Origin: Phyllosticta citribraziliensis
Lineage: Eukaryota
Assembly (NCBI RefSeq): GCF_038025025.1
Contig: NW_027117340.1
Span: 992,001-1,056,000, forward strand
Direction: 5' to 3'
DNA: 64,000 nt
Under the pieces are notes generated by a model. The model was not told the origin of the DNA and searched no databases. It saw only the letters and a program-made list of their open reading frames with translations. The position numbers and the translations under genes are program-made. This document shows, piece by piece, positions 47,604 to 58,270 of the stretch. Each line of letters begins with the position of its first letter. The stretch's first letter is position 1.

Positions 47604-48753
47604 GGTGTACGATCTGGAGACAAATAGCTGGGGTCAGAAGCCTATAGGCAGATTATAGGAACGAGGAACGTGTAGATTGAACCACTTACTGTCAATGAGA
47701 TGGCGAAAGAACCGTGGCGTGCAGCAAGGGCGAAAGTTTTGAGATGGTGTTGGACGCGAAGCAAAGGACCGCGCAGCTCTCGTAGACCACCACTACCTTT
47801 GGCATAGTAATGACTTCACGGGCTCAGTTTATCGCCCATAGACTCCTGGTAATCTTTGCTGTGAATTCACAAAGCAGACCGAAGTGAAGAGAAGTGAAGC
47901 CAAATTGCCACCCCACCCAACTTGGCGCAAAATGGCCGGTCGAAAGCCGGGATTTCTATACTGATGACATGGAGACGTTTTATACGGAGGATTCAATAAT
48001 GCTTTGAGGAGAATTTGACGGGCGATGGGGCGTATTTATGGAAGTGATTTGGTTTGGTTGCTTGGTAAAATAGCGCCGATCTGCTTGCGTCAAACCGCCT
48101 CTCTGACGAAACTCTCTGATTGCTTGACAACTAAGGTGGCAAGCTATAATCCTTCCTTCTGCCCAAACAAAGATCGAAGTCGCTGGTTCCAGAAGCAATG
48201 GGTGTTCAAGTGGCTTCAGATTCGGCGTCCCACTCCAAGATGTTAAACCACTTCTGAAAGCTGATCATGGCGAGAGAAAACATGTGCGCCCGGCCATAAG
48301 AACAGCCCCATTCGCTGCTTCAAGGGAGAGAATACCTGCTGAAACCGTAGTCATGCAGTTGCGGCCCTCCTCTGGACAAAGCTCTAAGTTTGGGGCGTTG
48401 CTTTGTTCGTGGACAATCTTTGTTGACAACTTGTCAATGCCATTGATTTGCCCGATGCGTTTGGAAGACTTGCGGTCTTTGGATGTCGCCATCATAGGCA
48501 CTCCTTTGTTCAATCCGTACTCGCGAAGCACCCGTCCTGATGAGAGACCATCATAGCCTTACAAACTTGCTTCAAAACTTGTTCTGTGGATGGTCGAGTT
48601 ACTGCAATTTGGGTATCTAAAGTACAGGGAACCCAGCCTCAAACCTCATGACCCAAATGTTTACATGCAAACCCAGAACCAAGGAGCAACAGGGACTAGA
48701 AGTGAAAGCAAACCCGCGATGCCCCATCCCGAACCAAACTGAATGTCCCAGCG

Positions 48754-49703
48754 CTAGTTATTGTAGCCGTGCCTTGCGCGCCAGGCCTTGACGAACTCTT
48801 CGTCGAGTTCTTCGGCCTCCTCCAAGTTACCGATGCGAACATTGTCGTCTTCTAGAACGACCAGCGAGTCGCTGAAGTCGTAGCCGCGACAGTAACCGTA
48901 GTAGCGGCCATCTTCGTAATCATCGACTGCGGCGTCCTCACTGCCCATGGAGATCGAGTTGGTTGAGATTCCGGACAGAGAGAAAAGGCAAATCTCCGAG
49001 CGCTCAACCATTGGGATGCGGACTTTCGGAGCAGTGTCGACCTTGTTTGCGTGGAAATCAGCGTCGTGGTGAGAGTCGGTCTCGCAGGCCGTGCTGGCGT
49101 CGGGAGAGAACTCCGAGTTGAATTCAGTGGCAGAGGAGATCTCGTGATGATGGTAGATCTCACTGCTGTCGTCCGCGGCGTACTCCGATTCGAATTTGGT
49201 CGTCGAAGAGGACTCGTGGTTAGGACGAGTCTCGCTGCTGGCGTCGGCGGAGTCCACGTCGTACGTGCTGGGCGAAGAATACGAGCGGCTGGGATCGGTC
49301 TCGAGCAGAGCGACGCTGGTGTTGGCGAGCACCGGCAAGTCAAATTGCAAGGATGAAGAGATCACCATTCCGCTCAACGATCCGAACGATGGTAGCTGGC
49401 GGCAGAGCGGGCGGCTTGCTTCGGAGCCGCTGGTCTCGATGTTGCTGCGTTTGCTGCTGAGCAAGTTGCCCTCTGCATTGCGCTGGGGAGACGCCTCGTT
49501 GACGCGCTCAAGAGATCTGTGAGAGGGATTAGTGCCTGAGCTCTGAATTGAAGTGGGCAGGCTTACGAATCGTCGGCTTCCTCGTTGGAAACCATAGTGC
49601 TGGTGACAGTCGTTGAAGCCTTCGACTTGCGACGAAGCAGCGCTTTGGAAATCTTGCTCAGCCTGGCCTTGGCCTTACTTCCAAAGTTCTTGACGCGAGC
49701 CAT
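48754..49703 (-). CDS. Orphan array copy 5
   Basis: MARVKNFGSKAKARLSKISKALLRRK..., phase-2 intron 49566-49517 (GTAAGC...CTAAT...CAG), C-terminus YGYCRGY...EEFVKAWRARHGYNN. Confidence 0.78.
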
Positions 49704-50096
49704 TCTTGAAAGCAAGGTGGCGAGGTAGAGTCTGCTTGGACGAAGAAAGGTGGAGGTTGAGCGGTAGGAAAGGCGAGCTCAATGGCGACAAGGCCAATGG
49801 GCGAGAGGCAAAAGAGACGCGTCGTGATCTGGACGAGAGAAGATTGAGGGGTGGTGTGGTTGAGGACGCACAAGATGGGACAAGGTCTAAAGTATTTGAA
49901 GGGACGCGCCTCGTGGAGCACGCGTGCGGGCGTGCAGTGTGTCGCGCGGGTGGAGGCAGGGACGCCGAAAGAGGAAGGAGGCTTCACAACCCACATTGCC
50001 AAACGCCCGAAGCTGTATGTGTACATACCTTACTGTAAAATTACATGCATTTTGCTGAATCACGCTCCCGCATTTGTCTGCGCGGAAAATATACAT

Positions 50097-50472
50097 GGGA
50101 GTCTTACTGAATCCACACTCCCACCCCCTGTTGACAACTGAATCCACACACTGTTACTGAACCCACCCTCCCACCCACGGCTTTACTAAATCCACCTTCT
50201 ACTTTACTAAATCCACCCTCCCATAACTAATTATATACTATATCTTAGGCTTTGTTTTAGTTAGGGAAGTCTATACTAGTAAGACTATTCATGGGTATAT
50301 ACATAGGTAAAAGTAAATATAGAAAAAACGTTAAGGTTATCTAGTAAAGAGGGTGGATTTAGCAAAGTAGAAGGTGGATTTAGTAAAGCCGTGGGTGGGA
50401 GGGTGGGTTCAGTAACAGTGTGTGGATTCAGTTGTCGACAAGGGTAGGGAGGGTGGATTCAGTAAATAACCC
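50097..50472. mobile_element. Non-autonomous Mutator-like (MULE) MITE, 376 bp
   Basis: Near-perfect terminal inverted repeats of about 124 bp (50097-50220 and 50349-50472) starting GGG and built from five ACTRAAYCCAC subrepeats. Perfect 9-bp target-site duplication AATATACAT at 50088-50096 and 50473-50481. AT- and TpA-rich core with no ORF. Confidence 0.92.
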
Positions 50473-50754
50473 AATATACATTGGGAAAGAAGGAACACCA
50501 AATCCAGCCTATTGGTTGGCATTTTTGACTAATGGCTACTGCAAAGGTGAGAAACGAAAGGACATCGAATCTGGCATCTGCATTTGAAGAAACTATCGCA
50601 AGTCTGATTTAGACTCTGAACCCCTCCCAGCCGACAAGTCGTATATTTGCAAGTGACGGGTTCACCAATCTTCCTCCGAGCCAGCCTCTCCACATGCTAC
50701 ATCTTCCGGGCAGCCACTCGAACGAGTCCAATCCAACCAGAAGGTGGCGATCGA

Positions 50755-51474
50755 CTACCCAGTAACCTGACTGACATCCTCAATCGTATCCGTGACGCTG
50801 GCGCCATTTCTTGACAACCTCATTTTGAAAGCCATGTCTCCACCATCAACTCCGTGTTCGAAAGAAGTTTCCGTCTCGGCGAGTTGACAGCTGTCTCTGA
50901 AGAGAGTGCAGATTCCGTAATGATGGGCCGGGCCTTCGAAGTTGTATTTGTTGATGTCATTCGCGTCTTCTTCGCTCTTGGATTGAAAGCCGTCGAGGGA
51001 GAAGTCGGATCTCTGTTCGCGTGGGCAGACGACCTTGGGAGCCATGATCTGCGTATCTTGCTGGGTCTTGTTCTCGCACATCGCAACACCAGTATCGATC
51101 GACTCATTGGTCTCAGATGCGGTGGATTCGGAGGACTTATTCTCGCTCACAGACTCAGGCAGTGGCGAGTCGCGAGATTGAGGACGGTCGGCTTCAATAT
51201 GGTCGTCGCCAGTGTCGTTCAACTCTCCGGTCAAGCAAATGTGATCATGAGAAAGCATTTTGCCGTGAGACTTGTGCTGTCCATTTGATCTGCAGAAGGC
51301 GACTCAGCGATTGCAATGTACAAGGGGTAAGCGTGCTTACGTTTTGTGAACTTCTGCATCGATCAAAGCTGAGATGTTGGAAGCCGATTCTGGAGTCTTG
51401 CGCTGGCGACGCGCTTTGAATAGACGTTGGAGACTGATCCTGGCTTTGGTGGCAAGTCTTTTGATGCGGGCCAT
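50755..51474 (-). CDS. Orphan array copy 6
   Basis: MARIKRLATKARISLQRLFKARRQRK..., phase-2 intron 51340-51290 (GTAAGC...CAG), then APKVVCPREQRSDFSL...YGICTLFR. Confidence 0.78.
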
Positions 51475-52199
51475 GCCGGAAGTTCCCCAGAGAAACGGGG
51501 GAATGTGTTGCGTAGCTGGGTTGCTTGCTTGAAGGTGTGCAGCGGCTCGCAAGGAGAGGTAAGGTTGGAGACGTAGGAGCAAAACAAATGTGTGGTGGTG
51601 GATGTTGACAGTGATACGGGAAAAGGATGGGACAGAAGGTTTGCAAGAAAAGAACAATGACATGCCAAAATCCACGCACAAAGCGCGACGCGCCAGGGCA
51701 GGCAGACGCGTCCAGCGAGGAACAACACAACACCGCAAAAAACACAGAAAACATGGAAAAGACAATGAACGAGTGAGATTGGCTTAGGGTGATGATCAGG
51801 CGTATCACGACTGTTGGCCCAGACGTAGTCAACCTCGTATGGGCGGCGGTTTTCAAGGTGAATATACCCATGTAGAGTGATATGGGTGCAATTGGCACGC
51901 TGTCGCTGGTTCTTCGTCGCGACCGTGACGTGAGGGAAATCGCCCACGTAAGTCTGGGAAGCCAGATCAAAAGTTTATAAGCATTTTGCTGAATTATGCT
52001 CTCCATTCATCTACGCAAGATATATGTTAGAAAATAAAGAGGACCAAACAAATCCTGATGCTTGAGTTGTGGAGTGATGACTATAGCAAAGACGGGAATG
52101 AAGACGAGTCGAAGACTGAATCCGAGCAACCCAAGCCTCCAAGGTCCCAATTAGGCATTTTTGATATACTCTAGCTGTTTTGGCGCACAGCTGCCGCAG

Positions 52200-52711
52200 C
52201 TACTCGTATCCATGACGAGCCCGCCACGCCCTGATGAACTCCGCATCCGGAGCAACCTTCGGTTCTACAGCAGTGCCCGCCAGCGTCTCCTCCGGCATCG
52301 CGAAAAGATTGCCATGCCTGAACAGTCTGCAGACGCCGTACTCGCGGGACGGGCGATCAGAGCGGTCATCGTAGCCCTGAGCCGGCTCGTCCCCGCGGGA
52401 ATGGATGCTCGGCGTCAGAGAGAGGGAAAAGTCGGACCTCTCATCGGAAGGGCAGAGGATCGTCGGAGATGTGGATTTGGCAACGACCTTGTCGAGTGAG
52501 GATTGAGAGGAGCCCTCGCCCGTTGGGTTGGTCGATCCGTCGGAGCTCTTGCTGTCGGATTTGTAAGGGCAACGGCCATACATGTACGGAAATCCTGTGA
52601 GTGTAACCTTAGGCGCCGGTCTGGTTCTTGTGACAAGCAGCAAGTTCCGCCCAGGTCCCGTCAAAAGAGAACAACGTACAAATTCTTAAGACACCGTATC
52701 GGACAAGCCAT
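52200..52711 (-). CDS. Orphan array copy 7 (short first exon; ATG overlaps the stop codon of copy 8; may be a pseudogene)
   Basis: ATG 52711 gives MACPIRCLKNL. Phase-2 intron 52679-52621 (GTACGT...CAG, weak branch site) joins ORF 52200 in frame: PTILCPSDERSDFSL...YGVCRLFR...EFIRAWRARHGYE. Confidence 0.55.
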
Positions 52712-53430
52712 CACAAAGGCCAATCAAAAGCAAAAACAATCGGCCCATATGACCACGGATCACGCCTCCGCTCGCTCTCCAACCCATCATCCACGGTCGT
52801 CGTCACGGGCGGCAGCCCCTTCCAGCCAGTGATTAACCTGTCACTGCGCTCCTCCTCGCGGCGCAGGTCGCGCTTGGGCGGCCGTTTGGCGCGCGACGGC
52901 GGCTCGAGCAGCTCGAAGATCGTCGACAGCACGACGGGACGGCGGAGGTGCTTGTGGAGGTTGGCGCGCGGGGGCGCTGCTGCTCTGCCCACGGGACGGT
53001 CGCTTTTGGGACGAATGCGCTTCCAGGGGTTCGCCGCGGGCGCGGGGGCTTCCGGGAGGGAGAGGGGTTGGACGGGCAGGACGACGCGCGTGGCTGGACT
53101 TGTGTCGAGCTCCTCGTCCTCTTCTTCTTCTTCGTCATCGTCGCCGTAGTCCTTGTCGTCCTCGAAGTCGGAGCTGTCGAGGGAGAATTTTGAGACCATA
53201 TTGGCCTCAGAGATGGGTCTTTGGGCAGCTCTGCTGGGAGGATTAGCTGTCGTCCTGTGCGTGAGGCTTGAGAATACTGACGATGTGCGGGGGTCCCGAT
53301 CGCTCGAGGTGTGCGAAACTGGCTTTGCCGGAACCGCGTCGTTCGTGTCCAAGCGGGCACAGTGGCGGGCCATGAAGAACTTGAAGACCTTGCTGGAGGC
53401 GCGGCGGGCGAGGGACTTGGTGCGAGCCAT
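52711..53430 (-). CDS. Orphan array copy 8
   Basis: MARTKSLARRASSKVFKFFMARH..., 48-nt phase-2 intron 53281-53234 (GTCAGT...GCTAAT...CAG), acidic tract, C-terminal GPIVF. Confidence 0.75.
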   Translation of the reverse strand: MARTKSLARRASSKVFKFFMARHCARLDTNDAVPAKPVSHTSSDRDPRTSSVFSSLTHRTTANPPSRAAQRPISEANMVSKFSLDSSDFEDDKDYGDDDEEEEEDEELDTSPATRVVLPVQPLSLPEAPAPAANPWKRIRPKSDRPVGRAAAPPRANLHKHLRRPVVLSTIFELLEPPSRAKRPPKRDLRREEERSDRLITGWKGLPPVTTTVDDGLESERRRDPWSYGPIVFAFDWPL

Positions 53431-54117
53431 CGCTGAAAATTGCGAGAAAGGTGGTGAAGAGAAGGTGGAAAGCAGAGAATATCAGCTCGTCTCAAGGAGA
53501 GTATCTGGTCGCCGGGGAAAGGAGGCTTGTCTGTGGAGAAGTGAGGTGTGCAGCGAGAGTGTCGATAGCTGTTGGGAACCCAGTGCTTTATAGGCGCGGG
53601 AGCCAGGAAATATGACCCTTAACGAATCCTGTTGGTCTGCCGTGTTCGGTCAAAAGTGTGACAGACATCTGTTTTCTTTCCTGTGATTCGACTTTGACCT
53701 GGAAACTTGTCAACGGTCGTCTGGTAGAGCCTCGGTCGTGATTAAGCAAAAACGCGACCCCAACGATGTGATCAAGAGTACCAATAGTGCGAGGCCTTGC
53801 GAAAAGCCAAATGAGGCATGGTGGAAACCAGAAGACCAACGACCAAAGACAAAACGAAGTGGGTCATAAGCTAATGGAAATGCAGTGTCTTTTCCAAGAA
53901 TGATACGCAGAAACAGACAGGGGAACCCAAGCCGTCGTTGTCCGGGTCTTCACACCCTTCCGTAAGTTAGCGGCCCATGATTTTCTTTCATCCTAACAGT
54001 CAAAGTCCCTGCTTCTCCCAAGACTAGTTACAACAATGACTTCAGAAAACAGTGAAAGAGAACCTTTGACACATGCAAGAAGCCCAGTATCGTGTTTCCA
54101 CCTCAGATCTTTCCCAG

Positions 54118-54844
54118 TCAGCGGTCGGCAGAGGTCAGATCGCGCGTAGGGGTGAGATCGTAAGCACCCGCAGAAAAGTAGTCGTAGGGATTTCTCAGAA
54201 TACCGTAACCTGGTGTCGGTGGACCCTCTGGGATCTCCATTGAAATTCGATAATCCGCAAAACTTGCCGCTGAAGCTGTCTGGGGTTTGTCGTTCTCGTT
54301 GATAGGTTCGACACAGTTAGAAGACGAAGCCGTGGTCGGAAGGCGGTTTTCTCTGAGGCTTTGCTGGCCGGTGGTGCCAAGTGACTTGGGGCGAGACGTT
54401 GAGCGGGTATCGAGCGCCGGCTCCGGTCCTGGTGAGAACGAGAAGTTGGATGCGAGAGCGGGAGTAGGCATCGACGAAATGGCAACAGGGCTGGTCGGGC
54501 GAGGACAGCGGTGCAGGATCTCCAGTTCCGAGGGAGCAGGGAGCGTGTCAAGGGTCTCGTCAAGGCTCGTCGGACCCGAGGGACTGCTCTGAGGCTGAGC
54601 GCCCTTCTTCCTCAGTCGATTGACCAGCTTGCGCAGAGCATTAAGCGCGAATCTGGTTGAGCGTATTGAGCAGGCTTTTCATTGATAGGAGGCATTGAGA
54701 TGGCACTTACCGCATCTTGGTGCTTGGAACGGGCTGACTCTGAGGCTTGCTTTCCATGGTAGAAGGGTCCTGACACTGGCGCGTTGAGAAGAGGGTCTTC
54801 GCTTTCTGGCTCGAGTTCTCTGTCTCGGGTCTGAGTTGAGCCAC
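54118..54844 (-). CDS. Orphan array copy 9 (GTG where paralogs have ATG; first in-frame ATG at 54757)
   Basis: (V)AQLRPETENSSQKAKTLFSTRQC..., phase-2 intron 54710-54653 (GTAAGT...CAG) joining ORF 54118, GYGILR near the C-terminus. Confidence 0.6.
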
Positions 54845-55758
54845 GGTAAAGGCTGCAAAATGAGTGAAGTGGACCAGGTTGAGTAACGATGGTAAATAGG
54901 TCGGGGTCACTCGACAGACAGGCGGGTGCAGACACCACGAATGTCAACCAAGATCTGGAAGTTTGCGCGGACTCGGTGCACCCACGACATGTCCACGCTA
55001 TGCAGGCACAAAAGCAGACGCCAACGCGGTTCTTGGCGCGCGGAAAGGAGAAGAATATCGGCCACCACCAAACTTGCGCAACCATGCTACGACAAACCTT
55101 GGAAATCTGCTTCCTCTTGAAATCTCCGGCTTCGCCCGATCTGATGCGACGAAATGAACTCTCCAGCACCTGGTGAGTCTCTTCGGACCCCATGAGGAGC
55201 TATGCCACCGAGCCTTCTCCAAATTGAGAGAAAGAAAAGAAGGGAAAATATACCCACGTCAAAGTTCAGCGAACCCCATCTGAGGTCAAGAGTCTGCAAG
55301 ACATCTCTCGAACATGTCGGCCGTCAGTCGAGCAGGCCAATCCAGTGGTCGTAGTGCCTCTTACAGAGCAGGGCGCCCTGGAGCCATGCCCTGAGCTCGC
55401 ATATATATGCCTCACCACGACAAATGGCAAAGTTTGTTGCCAAAGGCGTACGTAGTGGCATTGATAGACAAAAAAACGCGACTATGAAAAGTAAAAGGCC
55501 TACCAAATAGACGCGTTTGGCGTATAGCAAGTGGCACATGACCAAAGGACATAGCAGGAGATGAAGGTGAAAGGAGAAGAGAATATGCATTTCCGAAAGC
55601 AAGCCGCTGTAGCAGGAAGCGGCATCACCAACGTGTTGGTTGTAAACGTCAAACGCCGTTGACACGTATCTATCATGTCTAGGAGTGGTATTTTACTGGT
55701 TTCAAAAAGGGAAGAAGAGAAAGTCCGGGGCCGATCTTTTCGTGTTAAGGAGAAGAAC

Positions 55759-57107
55759 TTAAGCACCGTTGGAGAAGCCGTTGCTGGCGACACCACCGAT
55801 GGTCTTCTTCAGCGCTTGCTGGATATCGCTCACCAAGTCTGCGCCGTCTTCGATGCCGCAGCTGACTCTGACCAGGTCGTCAAAGACGCCGGCGGCCTCC
55901 CTCTGGTCCTTGGGGATGCCCATGTGCGTCATGCTTGCGGGCACCTCGACCAAGCTCTCGACGCCGCCGAGGGACTCGGCGAGGGTGAAGATCTTGGTGT
56001 GTGTGCAGAAGCGCTCAGCGGCCTCCTTGCCACCCTTGATGCGGAAGGAGAGCATGCCTCCGCCCATGCCGTTGCGGTGTTGCTTGAGCGTAATGTAGTG
56101 CTGGGGATGCGAGGCGAGACCGGGGTAGTTGACGGCAATGACCTCGGGCGATTTCTCCAGCATGGTCGCGACCGCTGTTGCGTTTGTGGTCGCCTCCCGG
56201 GCGCGCAGGTGGAGCGTTTTGAGACCGCGATGCGCCAGCCAGCAGTCGAATGCGCCGGGCACAGCTCCAATCGCGTTTTGCAGAAATGACAGGCGCTCGA
56301 ACAGAGCGTCCGAGTTGAATGCAGCGACACCCATCAACACGTCGGAATGTCCGTTGATGTACTTGGTCACGCTGTGTACCACAAAGTCGGCGCCATGGTC
56401 GAGCGGGTTTTGCACGTATGGAGAGAGGAAAGTGTTGTCAACCACGACGAGAATTCCATGCCTGTGAGCAATGGTGGCGACGGCTCGGATGTCCACTAGG
56501 CTGAGCGTAGGGTTGCTGGGCGTCTCGATCCAGATCAACTTGGTCTCGTTCGGGCGGATCAGGTTCTCGATATCGAGCTCGATGGATGGCGAGAAAGTGA
56601 CGTGGACGCCATGCGCGGCGGCGACCTTGGTGAAATAGCGGTGGGTTCCTCCATATACGTCCGACACGGAAACGACGTGCGAGCCTGAAGCCAGAGACTG
56701 GAGTATTATAGCGGTGGTTGCGGAGCCGGAGGAGAATGCGAGAGAGTAGCGAGCATGTTCGAGAGCAGCAACCGCCTTTTCAAAGTTGTCCCTGGCGCGC
56801 GAGGTTAGAGACTACCTGCAAAACATGGAGATGTGCTCACCTGTTGGGATTTGAGCTGCGAGTGTACTCGTACTGGCCCACGGGCTTGCCAACGGCTGAT
56901 TGCGCAAAGGTGGTGGACAGGGAAATCTAGCGACAAGTCAGCGGTCAATTCTCATGGGGTTTGCGCAAGCGCAGAGCATACAGGCTCAATGACGGCTCCA
57001 GTGACGGGATCGTGAGGCGAGCCAGCATGGACAGCCAGAGTGCCAAAACGGTGGTCCGGCGATGGAGCGCGCGGCGGGGTATCGATAGAGTGTTCGGTCT
57101 GCGTCAT
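55759..57107 (-). CDS. CYS3: Cystathionine gamma-lyase
   Basis: FGTLAVHAG...|ISLSTTF...YEYTRSSNPNR|, DVYGGT, ETPSNPTL, VDNTF, the PLP-lysine motif HSVTKY and LAESLGGVESL. Introns 56981-56927 and 56840-56792. Confidence 0.96.
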
Positions 57108-58270
57108 GGCGGCGGCGACTACGGTATGTACAGTACAGCGACGGCGGATGGCTCTTTGAGGAGGCGAAGAAGAAGAAAAAGCAGAGGGCCGAGGGCGTCG
57201 AAGAGGATTTCAAAGTCTTGGGTAATAGAATGGCAGTCGACGTCGTATGACGGCGTCCGTGTGGTGGGCTGGTCGGGCAAAAAGGCGCAGCGCTGGGTTT
57301 AAGACAAGACGGATGGAATGAATGGGATGGCTTCCCTGGTAGAGTCACACACACCTCAAGTCGACCGACTATGGCGCAATCGCAACTAGACAAGCAAGGG
57401 CTTCGACTGTTGTTTCTGGCGCATGCCACTACTTCTGCGAGCTCCTGTTTAGCACCACAAAGTGCTTGGTAATTCGGCCTGGAGAGAGCGTCAATAAGCC
57501 CGGCAGCACGCCTCGGGCCCTGGTGGCGTCGCGCTTTGCCCCGCATTGTTAGACGCGTCGGGTCGCTGTCATCATCGCACAGTACATGTCCGTCGGCTGC
57601 GTGGAGTCGTTGTCGCTTACCGTCTGCTTGTCCATTTGTCATTCGTCCGACATGAATCCTTTGGTTTCTCTAGCATTTGAGCCAATCAATCCGACTCCGA
57701 GGCCCAGGGCTGCTTTTACAATTTATCCGTCCGACGACACCCATTTTGTCGTCGGGATATCCGGTCATAGATTAAGAGCTAGTGATCTGTCAAGCCTGAA
57801 GCTGAAATACCTACGTGTACCTATCTAGCAACTCAAGATGCTTTCTCTGGGTACGGAGTGGGTGCTGGCCGAAGACGCAGTTGCGACCGCAATTTTCCGA
57901 CGCCGTGCCGACTGCACCACCAACGACGTCTCTATTCCGTAGGCCAAGCTGTAATCCATCCCACGACACCTCCGCTCAACCTCGAGCACTTCATCTCGTT
58001 CATCAGCACCGCCTCACCCGACACAACAGGCGATTGATTGCTAGACCACTGGAGCTGCTACTCTCTTGGAATCGTAGTCCTTTGCCTTTCCCAAGCTGTC
58101 GATCGAGGCACCATCATCCGACAAACACTTGCTAGATACGCGAGTCAAATGAACAACTCTGCAGGCGGTCCTTGTCCTTGAAAATGCCATGAGCGTGGCC
58201 ACGCTCAACCGGGCTGCCGAGTCTTCTTCCATGCCCTAGGAGCGCCGACAACAGGCTCGCAATCACATCT

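Noticed and set aside
48699..48706. Additional GAAGTGAA
   Set aside because: It lies just 3' of copy 5 and about 1.1 kb from the next ATG, so it was not counted as a promoter site. It shows the motif also occurs by chance.
50097..50472. ACTGAATCCAC subrepeats as a CRISPR array
   Set aside because: Eukaryotic context. The units are irregularly spaced, mirrored as inverted repeats and flanked by a TSD, which fits transposon ends.
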